From NCBI GenBank assembly GCA_963719315.1, contig CAVRBU010000002.1, positions 1,792,001-1,856,000 on the forward strand: 64,000 nt of DNA, given 5' to 3'. Below the pieces are notes generated by a model, which did not search any database, was not told the origin of the DNA, and saw nothing but the letters and a program-made list of their open reading frames with translations. Positions 52,633 to 61,722 of this stretch are shown here, in pieces. The DNA is from an uncultured Planctomycetota bacterium (GTDB lineage Bacteria > Planctomycetota > Planctomycetia > Pirellulales > Lacipirellulaceae). Both the position numbers and the translations under genes were made by a program. Position 1 is the first letter of the stretch, and every line of letters starts with the position of its first letter.

Positions 52633-53913
52633 TCATAATCCAACCGTATGACGCGGCGTAGGATCGGCAGGTTCGCTTTTGCCATTCGCTTCCGCTTCGC
52701 GCAAGCACCGTTGAATTTGCCGCACGGCCTGTCGCAACCGGGCTTCGTTTTCCACCAACGACATCCGCAGAAAGCCTTCGCCGGCCGGGCCGAAGCCGCT
52801 GCCCGGGCTGACCGCCACGTTGCCCTTTTCCAGGAGCATCATTCCGAAATCCATCGTGCTCATGCGGCTCCGCCACGGTTCGGGGATCGGCGCCCAACAA
52901 AACATGCTGGCTTTGGGGGGCGTCATTGGCCAACCAATGCGGGCCAGGCTCTCGCACAACGCGTCGCGCCGGCCTTGGTAAATGGCTGCCTGCTGTTCCA
53001 TGCCCGCGTCGCCATTGCGCAGCGCCATGATGGCTGCAATCTGCACGGCCTGGAACATGCCGTAGTCGTAATAGCCCTTGATCGTTGCGAGCGCTTTGAT
53101 CATTTGCCGATTGCCGGAGCAGAAGCCGATACGCCAGCCGGCCATGTTATAGCCCTTGCTCATCGTCGTGAACTCGACGCCGACTTCCGACGCACCAGCC
53201 GAGGCCAAAAAGCTCGGCGGCTTGTAGGCGTCGAATGCCACGTCGGCGTAGGCGAAATCGCTAATCACCGCGAAGCCATATTTGCGAGCCAACTTCACGA
53301 TCTCATCGAAAAAGGGCTGTTCGATGCAAGCGGTCGAAGGATTGTGCGGGTAGTTGAGGATGACCAGCTTCGGCCGCGGGTAGAGATGTTCGCATGTGTA
53401 CGCGATGTTCGACAGAAACTTTTCGCTGTCGCGCACTTCCAGCGCGATCACGTTGCCCGAGGCGAGCGCGACCGAATACACGTGAATCGGAAAATACGGC
53501 GCCGGCACGATGGCCGTATCACCCGGCCCCATCATGGCCAGGCACATGTGGCTGAAGCCCTCTTTCGAGCCGAGGCAGACGATCACCTCTTCGTCCGGGT
53601 CGAGCCGCACGCCGAACCGCTTGAAATACTTTGACGCCACTTCGCGGCGCAAATTTGCGATGCCGTTCGACTTGCTATAGCCGTGATTGCGCGGATCGCG
53701 GGCCGCCTCGTTGAGTTTTTCAATGACGAAGTCTTCGGGCGGATCGGACGGGTTGCCCATGCCGAGGTCGATGACGTCGTCGCCGGCGCGACGCTTGTCG
53801 TACAGCAGCGCGTTAATGCGGCCGAACAGGTACGGCGGCAGCCGGGTGACGCGCTCGGCGACTTGGATCGAAAACGGCCGATTCAGCAACGGATTTTGCG
53901 AATGCAGTGTCAT
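52633..53913 (-). CDS. Class I/II PLP aminotransferase (AlaC/LL-DAP aminotransferase-like)
   Basis: [43 protein letters not shown]. Confidence 0.92.
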   Translation of the reverse strand: MTLHSQNPLLNRPFSIQVAERVTRLPPYLFGRINALLYDKRRAGDDVIDLGMGNPSDPPEDFVIEKLNEAARDPRNHGYSKSNGIANLRREVASKYFKRFGVRLDPDEEVIVCLGSKEGFSHMCLAMMGPGDTAIVPAPYFPIHVYSVALASGNVIALEVRDSEKFLSNIAYTCEHLYPRPKLVILNYPHNPSTACIEQPFFDEIVKLARKYGFAVISDFAYADVAFDAYKPPSFLASAGASEVGVEFTTMSKGYNMAGWRIGFCSGNRQMIKALATIKGYYDYGMFQAVQIAAIMALRNGDAGMEQQAAIYQGRRDALCESLARIGWPMTPPKASMFCWAPIPEPWRSRMSTMDFGMMLLEKGNVAVSPGSGFGPAGEGFLRMSLVENEARLRQAVRQIQRCLREAEANGKSEPADPTPRHTVGL

Positions 53914-54012
53914 CGACGGGAGTGAACGGGTGCTACTTCGCGGCGCAGTTGCGCCGCACATAGTCAAGTATAGCCCTGTCCCGCTCCGCTGCCCAACGGT
54001 TCAGTTACCCAA

Positions 54013-55998
54013 TCAGCGAGTCGGCGGGCCCGATGTCGGCCGGACCGCTTCGTCCAGCCGCGGCGTGCCCTGCCCTGCATCGGGCTTCACGCGGTCGGGC
54101 GATTGCGATGTGCCGGCAAGGAAGTTGTCGATGCGAGCCTTGGTCCGGAGCTCTTCGAATTTTTCGCTCATCGCCATCCGAAGCTTCTTCTCGAAGATGT
54201 CATCGCGAAGTACTTGTTGAACTGCTTGCGGATTGACCTCCACCGGCTTTGTGCGGCCGTCGCACTTGAGGACTACGAACTTGTCGCCCAATTGAATAAT
54301 GCCGGAAAGCTCGCCTGGCTTTAGCTCAAAAGCCACGTCTTCCAGTTGCGGCTGGCCGCCATATCGACGAATCGGCGGCACTTCGCCGCGGAGCGCCTTG
54401 CTGCTGGGCTCGACTGAGTATTCCTCGGCCAGATCGCCGAAGTAGTCCATTGAGGTATTCTGCCGCGCCTTACCCCAGACCTCCTGGGCTCGGCGCATGC
54501 TGCCGAGTACGATCGCCCGGCAACGCACTCGCTCCCCATAGTTGGCGTCGAAGCCCTTTTTCATGTCGTCCTCAGAGACTTGAATCGTGCTGCCCGTAAT
54601 TTTCTTGAGCGCTGCCGACGGCCACACCGAATCGCGCAGGTACTCGTCCTTCGAGACACCCTGTTCCTTTGTGGCGGTTTCAATCCACTTGGCCATATCG
54701 GCCGAACCATCTTTGTTCACAACACCGGCCAATTTCGCGGCGTGGGCCATTTCGTCGTTGAGGTCCTGATCGGTGATGACCAGGTTTCCCTTCGCGAGCG
54801 CCTGTTTGAGCAGCAGGTGCGAGATCTCGACATCCAGCACCTCCTGGCCGTAACGGAGTAAGCATTCCTCGGCCAATTCCGAGTACGGTATCTGTTCACC
54901 GTTGATCGTGGCCACAACGCCCGGCATTTGCGCCCGCCGTTGCGGGTCGTTCCACACGTTTTGCACTGTCGCCGCGTCCTGCAATTGTTTGAACAACTTG
55001 CTGGCGACTTCGCGCAGTTTGCCTTCCTGAATGCGTTCGACGAGCTCGTCCTTCACGGTCTCCATCGGAACATTTCGGGCAGGAATTTGGCCTTCGCACT
55101 TCAGAATTGCGAACTGCTCGCCGACCGGTATTACCGGCGAAATCTGGTTCGGCTGCATCCCGAAAACTTCGCGCTCAATGGCCGGATCGCCGACATGGTG
55201 CCGAATCGGCTGAATCAAACCGCCGATGCTGGCGCTGTTGACATCGATCGAATTCTGCATCGCCAGCCGCGCGAAATCGTTGGGCTGGACCGTCAATTGA
55301 CGTTGAAGCCGCTCGGCCGTTGGGCGGTCCCCAACGACGATCAGCCGACATTTTATCGCGGGCCCGTATTGCGCTTCATACGCCTGCGTCAGTTCCTTTT
55401 CGTCGACCACCAAATCTTTTGCCGCGCACTTGCGGAGGGCGAGCGTCGGCCAGAGAATATCGCGCTTATATTGCTCCGGGTGAATTCCCCGCTCGCGTTC
55501 CAGCATTTGCAACCATTGTTCCTTGCCGATCTTGAAGCGCTTGGCCATCCGCTCGATCTCCGCATCGACTTCCTGGTCGGTCACTTCGATCTGGCGGTTC
55601 TTGCAGTAGTGCTCAATAAGCCGCTTGTTGACGAGGCCTTCGAGCACTTCGTTGCCGTACCGTTCACAACAAGCGGTGGCGAGCGCGTCGCGGCGAATGT
55701 CTTGGCCGTTGACCACGGCCATTACATCGTGCTGCGGTCGCTGGATGTGTGGCATCTCGGCGCTGGCTTGCTGCGCGCCTGCTTTTGGCGGCTGCTGCGC
55801 GTTTTGCTCGGCGGGTTGGCTCTTGCGAAACGGATTTGAAATCTGCGCATTGGCAGACGAGCTGCCGACAGTCATGCGAATCGCGACGCACAGGCCGACG
55901 ACCGCTAAGCCGCTAGCAATGAAGACCAGGCGTTGCTTCCACTTCCGTTGTCGGGGAGCAGTATCTGTCGTTTTGGATCGAGATTCCTTGCGGGTCAT
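54013..55998 (-). CDS. Peptidyl-prolyl cis-trans isomerase with tandem SurA/parvulin modules
   Basis: N-terminal TM; two repeats of (A.VNG..I / F..LA...S.../ E..F...P...S). Confidence 0.88.
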   Translation of the reverse strand: MTRKESRSKTTDTAPRQRKWKQRLVFIASGLAVVGLCVAIRMTVGSSSANAQISNPFRKSQPAEQNAQQPPKAGAQQASAEMPHIQRPQHDVMAVVNGQDIRRDALATACCERYGNEVLEGLVNKRLIEHYCKNRQIEVTDQEVDAEIERMAKRFKIGKEQWLQMLERERGIHPEQYKRDILWPTLALRKCAAKDLVVDEKELTQAYEAQYGPAIKCRLIVVGDRPTAERLQRQLTVQPNDFARLAMQNSIDVNSASIGGLIQPIRHHVGDPAIEREVFGMQPNQISPVIPVGEQFAILKCEGQIPARNVPMETVKDELVERIQEGKLREVASKLFKQLQDAATVQNVWNDPQRRAQMPGVVATINGEQIPYSELAEECLLRYGQEVLDVEISHLLLKQALAKGNLVITDQDLNDEMAHAAKLAGVVNKDGSADMAKWIETATKEQGVSKDEYLRDSVWPSAALKKITGSTIQVSEDDMKKGFDANYGERVRCRAIVLGSMRRAQEVWGKARQNTSMDYFGDLAEEYSVEPSSKALRGEVPPIRRYGGQPQLEDVAFELKPGELSGIIQLGDKFVVLKCDGRTKPVEVNPQAVQQVLRDDIFEKKLRMAMSEKFEELRTKARIDNFLAGTSQSPDRVKPDAGQGTPRLDEAVRPTSGPPTR

Positions 55999-56213
55999 TT
56001 CGGTCTCTCCATAAACCGTTGAAAGCACTTGCAGAATTGCAGCATATAGCCGCGGACCTACGGTCCGCCGGCCGACAGCGGGCCGCGGAGGATAGCAAAG
56101 CCGGCAGAGGGCGGCAAGAGAAGTGAAATCGCAGCACGCAGCAAGAAAATCAGGCCATTTTCAGGCCTCGCCGCCTGCGCGGTGGTGATACCAACCCAAA
56201 CGATTGATTACCG

Positions 56214-56415
56214 CTAATAACGATACCGACAAGCAAGGACACGCACCTTTTCAAGCGATACGCCTCCTGTGCGATCCTTGGCTTCGATCAATCGCTTCCG
56301 CATCGCCTCGCTCTTCAGCAAGTACGAGTTTCCCGCTCCGACTCGATCTCACGCCAAAGCTCGATTGGAACGATCACCGCGACGGCATTGCCCGTTTCAT
56401 AGGAGACATGATGAG
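56214..56415 (-). pseudogene. Orphan Phd/YefM-like antitoxin remnant
   Basis: VSYETGNAVAVIVPIELWREIESERET, 1-bp shift near 56326, then YLLKSEAMRKRLIEAK; no clear start and no toxin downstream. Confidence 0.6.
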
Positions 56416-56536
56416 CGCAAAAAAGCGAATGGGATGCAGTACACTTGCCACGATTGATTCTAACTTGCAAGCCACTGTCGAGACAAATCATTCCTGCGAA
56501 AAGCGTGAAATCAAGGCGAGAGACTCCAACTCGCAA

Positions 56537-57097
56537 TTATTCGTTCATCACCTCGGCCTCTTTGGCCTTGGCCAGGTCGTTGGCTTTGTCTTCGAATTTT
56601 TTGGTCAGCGTCTGGACGTCGGCCTGTGCCTGTTTGCACTGGTCCTCGGTGAGGTCCTTGTCTTTTTCCTCTTGGTCGGCCTGCTTGTTGGCATCGCGGC
56701 GGATGTTGCGGATAGCGACCTTCGTCTCCTCGGCCAACTCCTTGGTGCGGGCGACCATCTTGCGGCGCACCTCGCCCGAAAGCGGCGGGATGTTCAGTCG
56801 GATCACTTTGCCGTCGCTCTGCGGTGCAAGACCCAGATCACTGGCGATGATGCCTTTTTCGATGTCCTTGATCGTCCCCGGATCGAACGGCCGGATCACC
56901 AGTTGCTGGGGTTCGGGGGCGCTTACGCTGGCGATCGTCTTGATGGGCACCGGCGAGCCGTAGGCCTCGACCCGCAGCGAATCGACCATGCCGGGGTTGG
57001 CCCGGCCGGTGCGAATGCCGGTCAGGTCTTGCTTGAGCTTGGAGAGGGCTTTCTCCATTCGCTCCTCGGCATCGAACAGAATTTCTTCCACGCTCAT
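56537..57097 (-). CDS. frr: Ribosome recycling factor
   Basis: IRTGRANP, VEAYG, IPPLSGEVR, AIRNIRRDAN. Confidence 0.97.
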   Translation of the reverse strand: MSVEEILFDAEERMEKALSKLKQDLTGIRTGRANPGMVDSLRVEAYGSPVPIKTIASVSAPEPQQLVIRPFDPGTIKDIEKGIIASDLGLAPQSDGKVIRLNIPPLSGEVRRKMVARTKELAEETKVAIRNIRRDANKQADQEEKDKDLTEDQCKQAQADVQTLTKKFEDKANDLAKAKEAEVMNE

Positions 57098-57115
57098 ATT
57101 TATTCCCAGAGATTT

Positions 57116-57591
57116 AACCACGGAGGCACGGAGTGCACGGAGTGGACATTCTTGAATCACAAAACAAGACGAACTATTCCGTTTTTCAAAACAACCGCAT
57201 TGAAATTAAGGATCAGCCCTTCCTCAAGTCCGGCAACGCGAAGATAGGTGAGCAATTGCGCCTTATGAAGATCCGTAACAGCCTCGAGTGCTTTTACTTC
57301 GACTACGACCTTGTCTGCGACAATAACGTCGGCCCGATATCCGCAGTCTACACGCATTGACTTATAAAGGACCGGCAGAATTACTTGCCGAGTGAATGGA
57401 ATGTTCCGCAGGCTCAATTCAAAGCAAAGGCAAGCCTCAAAAGCAGATTCAAGTAATCCTGGCCCGAGTTCACGATGTACGTCGATCGCTGCTCCAATAA
57501 TCTGGCTCGTCAGTTCTTCTTCTCGCAACATCGTATGAGTGAGTGATTGCGTCCGTACCTTCTGCTCCGCGATCTCCGTGCCTCCGTGGTT
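57116..57591. mobile_element. Putative GxxExxY mini-element bounded by perfect 18-bp inverted repeats
   Basis: AACCACGGAGGCACGGAG at 57116-57133 and its reverse complement at 57574-57591, enclosing one gene between pyrH and frr. Confidence 0.65.
57157..57531 (-). CDS. GxxExxY protein (PD-(D/E)XK nuclease-like)
   Basis: VHRELGPGLLESAFE, YRADVIV, VEVKA, AQLLTYL, GLILNF. Confidence 0.93.
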   Translation of the reverse strand: MLREEELTSQIIGAAIDVHRELGPGLLESAFEACLCFELSLRNIPFTRQVILPVLYKSMRVDCGYRADVIVADKVVVEVKALEAVTDLHKAQLLTYLRVAGLEEGLILNFNAVVLKNGIVRLVL

Positions 57592-57593
57592 GG

Positions 57594-58334
57594 CTATTTC
57601 TTCGCCGTTGCAAGACTATTGACCAGCGTGCCGACATCTTCGCCGCGGACGGCGCGTTCGATGTTGCCGTCGGTGCGGTAGTTGAACACCAGAATTGGTA
57701 AGTCGTGCTCCATGCAGTGAGCAATGGCCGTCGGGTCCATGACGCGCAGATTACGGTCGCGGACTTCCTTATATGTAAGCTGGCGAAACAGCGTCGCGGA
57801 AGGATCCTTTTCTGGGTCGGCCGTGAACACGCCATCGACGCGCGTGGCTTTCATGAGGATATCGACACCGATCTCCATCGCTTTTTGGGCCGCGGCCGTA
57901 TCCGTCGTGACAAACGGAGCGCCGGTGCCGCCGGCGAGGATCACGATGCGACCCTTTTCGAGATGGCGGCGCGCGCGGCGGCGAATGAACGGCTCGGCAA
58001 CGCCATCCATTCGCACGGCCGACATCAGTCGCGTCTGACAATTGAGCGATTCGAGAGCGTCCTGCAATGCGAGGCCGTTAATGACCGTGGCCAACATGCC
58101 CATATAGTGGGCCGTGGCCTCTTGGATGCTCGAGTTACCGGCAGTGAACTGTGCTCCGCGCAAGATATTGCCGCCGCCGATGACGATCGCGATCTCCACG
58201 CCGATTTGAGCGGCTCGTTGGACCTGCCCCGCGATATCGACGACCTCCTGCATGCTGATGCCCCGCTGGCCAGGCGCGGCAAAACATTCACCGGAGAGTT
58301 TTAGGAGGATACGGTGATAGGGAGAGGCGGACAT
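57594..58334 (-). CDS. pyrH: UMP kinase
   Basis: [38 protein letters not shown]. Confidence 0.97.
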   Translation of the reverse strand: MSASPYHRILLKLSGECFAAPGQRGISMQEVVDIAGQVQRAAQIGVEIAIVIGGGNILRGAQFTAGNSSIQEATAHYMGMLATVINGLALQDALESLNCQTRLMSAVRMDGVAEPFIRRRARRHLEKGRIVILAGGTGAPFVTTDTAAAQKAMEIGVDILMKATRVDGVFTADPEKDPSATLFRQLTYKEVRDRNLRVMDPTAIAHCMEHDLPILVFNYRTDGNIERAVRGEDVGTLVNSLATAKK

Positions 58335-58356
58335 GGCTATGCGCTGCCTATGAAAT

Positions 58357-58441
58357 TGGTCATTGCAAATCTGTCATGCGTCATTGGCCATTTTATACGG
58401 CTCGATATGACAAATTACAAATGACAAATTTGCAATGACCA
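58357..58441. repeat. Inverted tandem heptamer module (TGTCATT/AATGACA type)
   Basis: Perfect 14-bp outer IR TGGTCATTGCAAAT/ATTTGCAATGACCA with inner ATGACAA units. Confidence 0.75.
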
Positions 58442-58485
58442 CTATGGACCTTCAACTTAAACGTTCGCTTACGACGATTTCACAG

Positions 58486-58511
58486 AAAAAGCCCCGGCTT
58501 TCACCGGGGCT
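58486..58511 (-). terminator. Intrinsic terminator after tsf
   Basis: AGCCCCGG-TGAAAG-CCGGGGCT followed by T tract on the minus strand. Confidence 0.8.
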
Positions 58512-58524
58512 GTGCGGATGCGCA

Positions 58525-59376
58525 TTAACTTGCCGGTTTTTCGCCGGCCGCTTCGCCCAACTGCCAGCGAATGAACTTCACAAGTTTCATCCCCCCGGCG
58601 GCGGCCACTTTGCCGACCGTTTGCTTGTCGTCGTGAATGAATGGCTGCTCGCCCAGCACATGCTCCGCATAAAAGTTGCGCATCCGGCCCTCGATCATCT
58701 TCTCGATGATGTTGTCCGGCTTGCCTTCCTTACGAGCCTGCTCGGTGAGAATGGCTCGCTCTTTGTCCACCAAGGACTTGTCCAGTTCCGCAGTTGTGGC
58801 TGCCTTGGGCTTCATTGCCACGACTTGCATGGCGATCTTCTTTGCCAACTCGTCGTCGCCTCCTTCGACCACGAGCAACACGCCGCTCTTGGCATCATGG
58901 TGGACGTAACCGCCGGTTGGCGCATCAACTCGCGCGATCCGGGCCAGCCGCAGGACCTCGCGCATCTTTCCTTCGATCTCGTCCTTCCATTGCTGAAGCG
59001 TCATTCCTTTGCGACTGGGCGCCGGCTGCTTCCAAAGTTCCTCCGGAGTCTTGGCGCCGGGACCAGTCGCAAGTTGCTTGGCCAAATCGTTGGCTAGCGC
59101 CACAACGTCCTCGTGCTTGGCGACTGGGGCCGATTCGACTTGCAGTTCGATCATGGCGCCGACGCCGGATTTGAGGCTCGTATACACGGCGATCCGCCCC
59201 TCTTCGGTCGTGCGGTCCTGGCGAATCGACATCAGCTTGATGCCCTTTTCGCGCAACTTCTGCTTGGCCAGATCGAAGTCGCCATTGGACTCCTGCAGCG
59301 ACTTCTTGCAATCCATCATCGGAAGACCCGTGTCGTCGCGCAGCTTCATAACCATTGCTGCCGTGATTTCTGCCAT
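58525..59376 (-). CDS. tsf: Elongation factor Ts
   Basis: ITAAMVMKLR..TGLPMMDCKK, EGKPDNIIEKMIEG. Confidence 0.96.
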   Translation of the reverse strand: MAEITAAMVMKLRDDTGLPMMDCKKSLQESNGDFDLAKQKLREKGIKLMSIRQDRTTEEGRIAVYTSLKSGVGAMIELQVESAPVAKHEDVVALANDLAKQLATGPGAKTPEELWKQPAPSRKGMTLQQWKDEIEGKMREVLRLARIARVDAPTGGYVHHDAKSGVLLVVEGGDDELAKKIAMQVVAMKPKAATTAELDKSLVDKERAILTEQARKEGKPDNIIEKMIEGRMRNFYAEHVLGEQPFIHDDKQTVGKVAAAGGMKLVKFIRWQLGEAAGEKPAS

Positions 59377-59410
59377 GGGAAGCTCCTATTTCGATTTTCT
59401 CGTATTCAAT

Positions 59411-59530
59411 CGGGTGGCATGCTCTCGCGAAGCGCGCGAACTCCGCCCGATTTTGCAAAGACGTTCGCGTGAGCATGTCGCGAGGTCTGCAAAGACATGC
59501 CCACGCCGCGGCGGCGAGGGCATGCCACCC
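59411..59530. repeat. REP-like element (GGGTGGCATG family) between rpsB and tsf
   Basis: GGGTGGCATGCTCTCG ... CGAGGGCATGCCACCC with inner hairpins. Confidence 0.8.
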
Positions 59531-59546
59531 ATCGCAATCGCCGGAC

Positions 59547-60278
59547 TTACGCCATCGCCACTTCGGCGCCTTCGGAGGCGTGTTGGCTTTCTACGGCGGC
59601 TTGGTTCTTGCCCGCCAGGATCGCGTCGGACAGCATCTTGGCGATCAACTCGATCGACCGCATGCTGTCGTCGTTGCCGGGAATCGGCAGATCGACCAGG
59701 TCCGGATCGCAGTCGGTATCGATCAATGCGACCGTGGCCACACCGAGCTTCTGGGCCTCGCTCACCGCGTTCTTTTCCTTCTTCGGATCGACGATGATCA
59801 GGCATTCGGGCAGCCGGCTCATCGTGCGGATACCGTTGAGGTTGCGAAACATCTTGCGATATTCGCGTCGCAGCGCGGCTTCCATCTTTTTGGAGTACCC
59901 GTGGATCTTGTCGCTTTCCAGAATTGATTCGAGTTCTTCGAGCCGGCCCAGCCGGCTGCGGATCGTGCGGAAATTGGTGAGCGTGCCACCCAGCCAGCGA
60001 TCGTTGACGAAAGGCATACCGCATCGCTGGGCTTCGCGACCGATGGTGTCAGCCGCCTGACGCTTCGTCCCGACAAAGAGCACAAGGCTGTTTTGCGACG
60101 AGATCTGCGTGAGATATTTCTTGGCTCGCAGCAGGCCACGGACTGTTTCGCGGACGTCGATAATGTGAATGAGGTTCTTGCGGGCGTAAATGTACGGCCG
60201 CATCTTCGGGTTCCAGCGGCTGGCGCGGTGGCCGTAGTGGACCCCGGCTTCAACAAGCTCTTTGACGAGTGCAGACAA
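59547..60278 (-). CDS. rpsB: 30S ribosomal protein S2
   Basis: [39 protein letters not shown] ribosome binding site with TTG start. Confidence 0.97.
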   Translation of the reverse strand: MSALVKELVEAGVHYGHRASRWNPKMRPYIYARKNLIHIIDVRETVRGLLRAKKYLTQISSQNSLVLFVGTKRQAADTIGREAQRCGMPFVNDRWLGGTLTNFRTIRSRLGRLEELESILESDKIHGYSKKMEAALRREYRKMFRNLNGIRTMSRLPECLIIVDPKKEKNAVSEAQKLGVATVALIDTDCDPDLVDLPIPGNDDSMRSIELIAKMLSDAILAGKNQAAVESQHASEGAEVAMA

Positions 60279-60290
60279 ATTAAACTCCTT

Positions 60291-60387
60291 GGCACACCGG
60301 CTAGGTCCCTCACGTGGCCGCGTCTCTCCGAGACGCGAAAGCGAGTTACAGAGAAACTCGCCCACGCGCGGGCGTCCGGCGTTAGCA
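60291..60387 (-). promoter_or_regulatory. Structured rpsB 5' leader
   Basis: Nested stems ACGCCGG/CCGGTGT, GCGTGG/CCACGT, GCGAGTT/AACTCGC and CGCGTCTC/GAGACGCG directly before the ribosome binding site. Confidence 0.6.
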
Positions 60388-60512
60388 AAAAACGATTCGG
60401 CCAAATGGTTTCAAACCGCCAATTCCTCGGGCCGTTCGAGTCAGCGGGAGCCCTGTAACATACCGGGCAGCAGTGTTTGCGGTCAATCGGCGATTTGCCG
60501 CGTGCACAATTG

Positions 60513-61472
60513 CTAGGCCCCGATTTCCCGAAGCGTCTTTAGAACCGCTTCGTGAAGATGGCCATTGGTAGCCAAGATGCCGCGGTTTTTGGCGAGCGTT
60601 CGGCCGAGGGAAAAGTCGAGCGATTTGCCGTCGAGGTCGGTGATGCGTCCTCCCGCTTCTTCAATCACGATGGAGCCCGCCGCCTGATCCCAGATCTTTT
60701 CGCGATAGTCGAGACGGGAGGGGGAGAGCAGACGCAGCAGTACTTCCCCTCCACCGGCGGCAAGGACGGCATATTTTGCCTGGCTGTCCATGCCGATCGG
60801 GGGTGCCTGCGTGCCCAGCTTCACGGCGAGTTGCCCGATCTCATCAAGATTCGTGTGCGATTTCTCGACGGACCGTAGGATGCGAGCGTTGTCGCTGGTA
60901 TTTCGCATTGAAACCGACAGCCGCTGCCAACTAACTGATTCATCGAGAGGCTGGAACCATGTGCCTTGCCCTCGGACCGCCGCATAGATCGTACCGCCGG
61001 AGAGCTCCGGGCAGCCGAGGACGCCCAATTCCACTTTGCAGTTATGGACAAGGGCGAGGGCAACGCCGTACTGTTCGCGCCGCAAAAAGCCCTTGGTGCC
61101 GTCAATGGGGTCTAGCGTCCAGAACGTTTTCGGCGGCTCGCCACTGCCGCGGTCGATGAGATTGCAGACCTCTTCTGGCGTGGCATCCGGAATCGCAGCG
61201 CGGACAAAGTCCGTGATCTGGTCGAGCGTCGCGATGCCTTCCTCAAGGCGAAGCGCGTCCGACTGTTCTTCGCCGATGAGGCTGGAGCCCGGAAGTTGTT
61301 CTGCTAGTCGGCGGGCGATCAGCGCCTGGACCGCAAAGTCGGCGACGGTTACTGGGGAGCGGTCGTCCTTCGTGAGCGCACCGGTCACCATTTCCCGCTG
61401 TATGCGGCGGGCCAAAACCGAAGCCTCGCGTACGGCATCAATCGCAAACTGGGCTTCGAGCGAATCGAGCAT
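60513..61472 (-). CDS. 3'(2'),5'-bisphosphate nucleotidase (HAL2-like)
   Basis: KDDRSPVTVADF, GEE, WTLDPIDGTKGF, DSQAKY, EKIWDQAAG. Confidence 0.9.
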   Translation of the reverse strand: MLDSLEAQFAIDAVREASVLARRIQREMVTGALTKDDRSPVTVADFAVQALIARRLAEQLPGSSLIGEEQSDALRLEEGIATLDQITDFVRAAIPDATPEEVCNLIDRGSGEPPKTFWTLDPIDGTKGFLRREQYGVALALVHNCKVELGVLGCPELSGGTIYAAVRGQGTWFQPLDESVSWQRLSVSMRNTSDNARILRSVEKSHTNLDEIGQLAVKLGTQAPPIGMDSQAKYAVLAAGGGEVLLRLLSPSRLDYREKIWDQAAGSIVIEEAGGRITDLDGKSLDFSLGRTLAKNRGILATNGHLHEAVLKTLREIGA

Positions 61473-61543
61473 GAGGTGTCGGGTGTCAGGTGTCGGGTGT
61501 CAGTTCCGGCATCTGAAATCTGACACCTGAAACCTGACACCTC
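61473..61543. repeat. Inverted tandem heptamer module ((A/G)GGTGTC x4)
   Basis: AGGTGTC GGGTGTC AGGTGTC GGGTGTC ... CTGAAAT CTGACAC CTGAAAC CTGACAC CT. Confidence 0.85.
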
Positions 61544-61548
61544 GGAAG

Positions 61549-61619
61549 CTACCCGGCCAGGGCTCGAACCTGGAATGAGGGAATCAAAATCCCTAGTGTT
61601 ACCATTACACCACCGGGTA
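61549..61619 (-). tRNA. tRNA-Gln (TTG), CCA not encoded
   Basis: Acceptor TACCCGG/CCGGGTA, anticodon arm AGGGA-TTTTGAT-TCCCT, T-arm CCAGG-TTCGAGC-CCTGG. Confidence 0.96.
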
Positions 61620-61625
61620 AAGGGG

Positions 61626-61720
61626 AGCTATTAGCTTTTAGCTATTAGCTTTTAGCCATTAGCTTTTAGCCAGAATTGGTCCTCGTGGCTAATAGCCAAG
61701 TGGCAAAAAGCTAACGGCTA
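61626..61720. repeat. Inverted tandem heptamer module (AGCTATT/AGCTTTT x6)
   Basis: Six tandem units, spacer, then degenerate complementary units GGCTAAT AGCCAAG ... AGCTAAC GGCTA. Confidence 0.85.
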
Positions 61721-61722
61721 CT

